A DNA stretch of 64,000 nt from Marsupella aquatica (lineage: Eukaryota > Plantae > Marchantiophyta): positions 5,656,171-5,720,170 of the forward strand of contig OZ316893.1 in the NCBI GenBank assembly GCA_973895155.1. Reading direction: 5' to 3'. Positions within the stretch are counted from its first letter, which is position 1. Every line of letters begins with the position of its first letter. The notes under the pieces were generated by a model, which saw only the letters and a list, made by a program, of their open reading frames with translations, had not been told where the DNA came from and did not search any database. Shown in pieces: positions 59,057-64,000 of this stretch. Both the position numbers and the translations under genes were made by a program.

Positions 59057-62000
59057 GATTCTGTCCTCAGGGAGGTTCCTTCTTCCCAATGTCTACTCAC
59101 TCCCTCGTTCTTGTATCTTCTAATTTGCTATCACACTCTATAGCAGTTTGGGAGACCGAAAATCTGTACATGTTAAGAGTACTGGCAAAGGCTATTGTCG
59201 ATGACAAACCTCAACCAGATTTGCACCTGTGTGACACTTCCCTCCAGGGTGAAGAAATGGACTTCATCCGCGACACAAATTTCCATATGGCTAATCTGGT
59301 AACCGTCACCCTGAACCTCGTGGTATTTGGCAACATGTCCTGTTCAAGTTCTTAGTGTTTATCTGCAAGGCTCCCTACAACTTCTTGTTGTCATTCCAAG
59401 GTCTGTTGGTTTGATCGTAGAAATCTAAGAATCACAGTTAATGATGTACCACGCATACTGCTCTAGACTTCGGCCAATGTGATTCAACTCGGCCAATGTG
59501 GTTCAACACCTATTGGCAATCAGGGACGGAGGGATTTTGATTTGAAACTGCACTCGGAGAACGATCTTGATTTCATCTCGATCCAAGATGAGACAGATAT
59601 AACTAGCTGTCGACAGAAAAAGAACTATCTCGAAGGAAAATTCAAGCGTTCCAAAAGATCACAAGCCGGTTTCCCGCTAGTGTTGCAAACTGCACTCTTA
59701 AGCGTGAGCAATTCCAAAATGACAATTTTGTTTCTAAAGTTCAGTTCAGGCTGTGCCGAAGTCATTTTTCTAAATGAAGACATGACTACTGCACCTGTGT
59801 GGAGTCCTCCGTACCCTTTAGGTACAGGTGGGACTCCATAAAGGTACCTATCAGTCAGGACCAATGTGCACTATTTCCAGCAAACTTATCTTATGATCAA
59901 TCAATTTGAATGTGAGGTCGTGCTATATGGAAGGAAGGTCAGATCCTGAGCTTAGATCAGGCAGATCTGGATTATTCAATCTATCTGAACCTGACCTGTA
60001 TTAGTCCTACATGCATCCTACCTGAAGCTCATCGTCACGTGGCCATCCAAATTTTAAAAGATGTATTTAAAGATGTGTTCCCTCAATCTCCTTTCCCATG
60101 TCTTCCATTGGCCTCGTACTTCCACATCACGCTTTTCTTCGTTCCCAGTTCCCATAGAAGAAGAGACGAACTTTTGATAACGCCGGTCAATTCAACCTCC
60201 TCCCCGTCCTTCCTCAATGCCAAGTAACCAAAGCTATCTGTAAATGCAGAAATCCTGCCACGGATTCAGGAACATTCCTGTCCGAACTTCACTCTTAATG
60301 TTCTATATATAGTGACATCAGTGCCCAAAGCATTTTGGTTAGTATTGTTCAATAACATCAGCAGGCAAGCCTATGGTCAGATTTCACACAAATCTGGTTA
60401 TTTACGTGGAATTGGATAAACACATTTGCTTATAAATTAATTGGAGGGGATTGTGTTCATCGAGAGAATATTAGGAGAGAATCTAATACTAAGTCATGTT
60501 ACTCATGGCTATGGTGTGCTTGTGGTATAACCATATCTCAATTCTTCACCTACACTTCCCAGGTGTTCTTTGGTAAGAAAGAGATCCGCAACACTGAATG
60601 ACTTTAAATTGATTGCATTGGTAGTTGGGCTAGTAAATTGATTGAAGGGAATTTCCCCATGAAGTAATTGAATAACTTCCTATCTGTCTTACTAATAAAG
60701 AGCAACAAGAAGCTACTTTCCACAGCTATGGCCTAAACTGAAACCTCTAGACTCTCACTCTGAGAGCATCACTTAAGTTAGGGGGTGCGAGTAAAAATGT
60801 TTGTTGAAAATATGAGTCCCTCATAGACACTGTGTGCTGTGCTCCTTCTCCACATATGAGCTGCTGCGTGCTTCCTTCCCATAGCTCACCAATCATGTTC
60901 AAAGAAGGGGTAGCTGGGCTAGTATATAAAATCTCAATCAAAAGCTAATGCCTGGGGAGTGAAGCCTACAAATTGTGACTACTAGGACATAATTGAATGT
61001 GCAAGGTGCAGACAGAAATCAGACACTTTTTCCAAAGCAAGTAAGCATTTTATTTGTAAATTGTTGGCGCTTTATTGAAGTGATGGACTGATTGAACTCA
61101 GAGCCGTATGCAATAGTAAATAACCTCAACCAGGGCTGGTTAATCGATAGTTTAAATATGGTTGATTCTAGCACGGTTGACTTATATTACCACAATCAGC
61201 CATAACTCAGCTGTTATTTTTGTTGAAGAACAGTGAGTTTGGCCCTCCCTTTCCTTGTGGCATAGACTGTTTGGGCTTGTCTCTTCCCCCTCAAATAAAA
61301 TAAGCTATATATTTACCACATGCTCACTCAAATGTTAGCTATGGAGATTAGTATTGTACATCAACAATACTGCATATTTAATACCCTGATTTCAAAAGGA
61401 TTGAGACCTTCAAATTTATTTCCAGGACCCAGTTGAGAATCCGAATCCTGCATAAACGACATACTCTAACTATAAAAGTGAGAAATACTTAGGATAGAAA
61501 CAGTACTGAACAATTTAAATGGATTGTTTCCACATGGATTTAACAGGGCACAAAAGATCCACTGTGTACTAGAGATTCCCAAAATGCCAACAAAAGTTGC
61601 TTAAAAGAAATTTGTGTTCAAAGAGGAGTCTCTCTGTCAGCAGTTGTAGTAAAATGTAGGTTTCTTTTCCTATCTTGTTATGTTTATCAAGTTTCCATTC
61701 AGTTTTCATGTCTTCAAATGTAATTGACGGGACCCCTCTGAGAGTGCTTTCCAAATCCGTTGGCATTTTTTGTTGCAAACAGGGATCTTTAGGGCAATAC
61801 ACAAACTAGGTTGGCTGTGTTGACTTGAGGCTAGCAAAATGGTTAGACCCATGAATTTGTAAAAAAAAAATTGACAAAATGTCCGTGACAACAAACAACA
61901 CACAACACAATAAAAACATAACTGGAAGAATAAGCCAATCGACGAGACCAGATGTTGATGATAATGGTGACAGTACTTTAAGCTTGTCAAGTTTTTAGGT

Positions 62001-64000
62001 ATTGTTTGTGTGCTACTGTGGTTTGTCACCATCTTAGTTGTATCAGAAGAGTATTCAGCTATAACTTTGTCGTCTCAAGTCTGTTACTACTACTTTGGAC
62101 ATCTCCCTTGTCCACGTGAGAACGGAATTGGATAATTACCCGCGTCTCATCCTTGATTTGTTTCGGGTCCAATTTTGTAATAGCACAAACCATTCAAGGG
62201 CCCAGCTAAAGAGTGCACTTACTATTCAACACAAGTGGGAGTGAAGGAGGAAAAACACAGCCAACTCAAAACTGGACTTTCATGACCATTCAAAACAATG
62301 AAAACCTACTCCATATACAAATAATTAAAGAAACGTGTTTAGGGCCATTGTTAGCAGTTTCAGTAATTTCTGTATTCATTATTCCAACAAAGGCATCACC
62401 ACGTGCCCAAGACTGGGTCCATGAACTAATTTGAATTCATTATAGCAATAGTTTCCTAACATTGTCCAGAATAAAAACAAGTCCAAAGACCAAGGGAGGA
62501 AGGATGGTGTGAAAGAAGCTTTGAGTGTTAGATGACTGGAGATGGATTCTTTACGGAGGAATAGGGCCTAGACTCGAAATGAATCAGTCTGTTCCGCGCA
62601 TGGGATTTCTTTGTTTAGGCCCAACGAGAACAAGTTTCCTGGGAAAGGGCAAACTATAAGCACGAGCCAAGAAACAATTACATCAATGAAACTGAAAAGA
62701 CCATATGTGATATGAACAAACACATCATGAAGGCCGATAGTAACCAATTGACACTATGAGACCAAGATCTATTTGTAGTTGGGAAAATTTTGAGTAAAGA
62801 AAATCATTTTTCTTTAAAACGGATGACCTACCAAACCATGAACACATGGATACCATTTGGACAAACTGAGATCCATAATTGTTTTCTGTATTCTAAAGTG
62901 TATTCTATTATTCCTAACGCAACGAACTCAGCAACGGTCCAGGGGAGGAAAACAACAGTAACCGTCAAGAAGGTAACAGACAGAGTAGCCTGGCCAGGAC
63001 ATAGCTTAACAAAAAGTGGGGGAGTGGGCTCATAGGGGGCTCTGGTCAGCCATAGCTCGCCCAAATAGGTAGCCATTGACTCAGGACAGAAACAACGTCC
63101 CACCTCCAGCACTCATCCTCCTCCTCCTCCTCCTGGGGCTGCGTTTCTTGAAATGATAATAATAGGAACATTCTTGTAGGGACACCTGGGCAAGGGTGCT
63201 TTGACCCTAAGAAAAGGGAGCTGAGCAGCCACAACCTGTCATGGCTGGCTGGCTGGCTACGCAATTGTTGATTGGGGGAGGCGATGACAACTTACTCCAG
63301 CAGTACATCCCAATTGGAAAAGAAATATGAGAAAATACCAGAAGGTATGGACAAACAAGCTCCCTGGCTGGTTTTAACCTGGTTTCAGTTACGGTGTTGG
63401 GGGAGATGACTTGGAGTGATAATAGGGGAGGGATGCACGCTATCTGTATAACTGATGAATGTCCTAATGTGGGCTGTCCCCTTTGGTCGTTTCTTCCTCT
63501 AGGATATAATAATTATTTGATTCCTTGGGTTTCAACTTTTTTGTTTATGGCTTCCACGCCTCTTGGGCTTTAGTGCGATTCTTCTCACCTACAGTACTTC
63601 AAAGGGTTTTCTTCTTACCTACTTCAAGGGTTTTCCCAAGCTTGAGCTTAATTTTGAAATTAAAGTTTGGATGGACCTCGACATTGTCTATGAAGCCCAA
63701 ATGGACTGACAAAGCTGGGATGGAGTTGATCAGAACATTCAAATTGATTAGGATAATATTGTTTACATTTTTGACTGAAATATGACCTGTAAATAATCTT
63801 TTTACCATTTGCAGCCGGTTTCAATTATGTAACCCAACGGGTCCCCTTGGTAGCTTCACGACTGGACGACTTTGAACATGAAAGACATCAAGACATCGTA
63901 CCATTACTAAGGAACACTGCTTTTCAGTCGGTCCACATGAAAATTTCCAAGCGTAAAGTGAAATGACTTGACATCTTGACTACTTTCTCCATGGGGTATT

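Noticed and set aside
60300-64000. Short ORFs at the window end
   Set aside because: No recognisable domains or exon chains; probably decayed repeats

Overview
Eukaryotic land-plant nuclear DNA. Protein style and gene structure suggest a bryophyte or other non-seed plant, possibly a liverwort (inference). Six protein-coding genes can be assembled from GT-AG exons with consistent phases: an intronless cytosolic-type MsrB (-); a DUF569/actin-crosslinking beta-trefoil protein spliced to a ~600-aa repetitive charged tail (+); a 12-exon ~2174-aa GYF-domain protein of the EXA1/PSIG1 type (-); mitochondrial inner-membrane peptidase IMP1 (+); the WD40 nucleoporin SEH1 (-); and THO subunit THOC5 (+). 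Bases 1-14 kb, 16.4-21.5 kb, 39-45 kb, 52-54 kb and 60-64 kb are repeat-rich. They hold a Harbinger transposase pseudogene, oppositely oriented LTR fragments, several MITE-like elements and many short tandem duplications. The most unusual items are the DUF569-plus-repeat-tail gene and a perfect 32-bp hairpin between the convergent DUF569 and GYF genes. No tRNA, rRNA or CRISPR array was recognised, and nothing here can be supported as a new multi-gene system.
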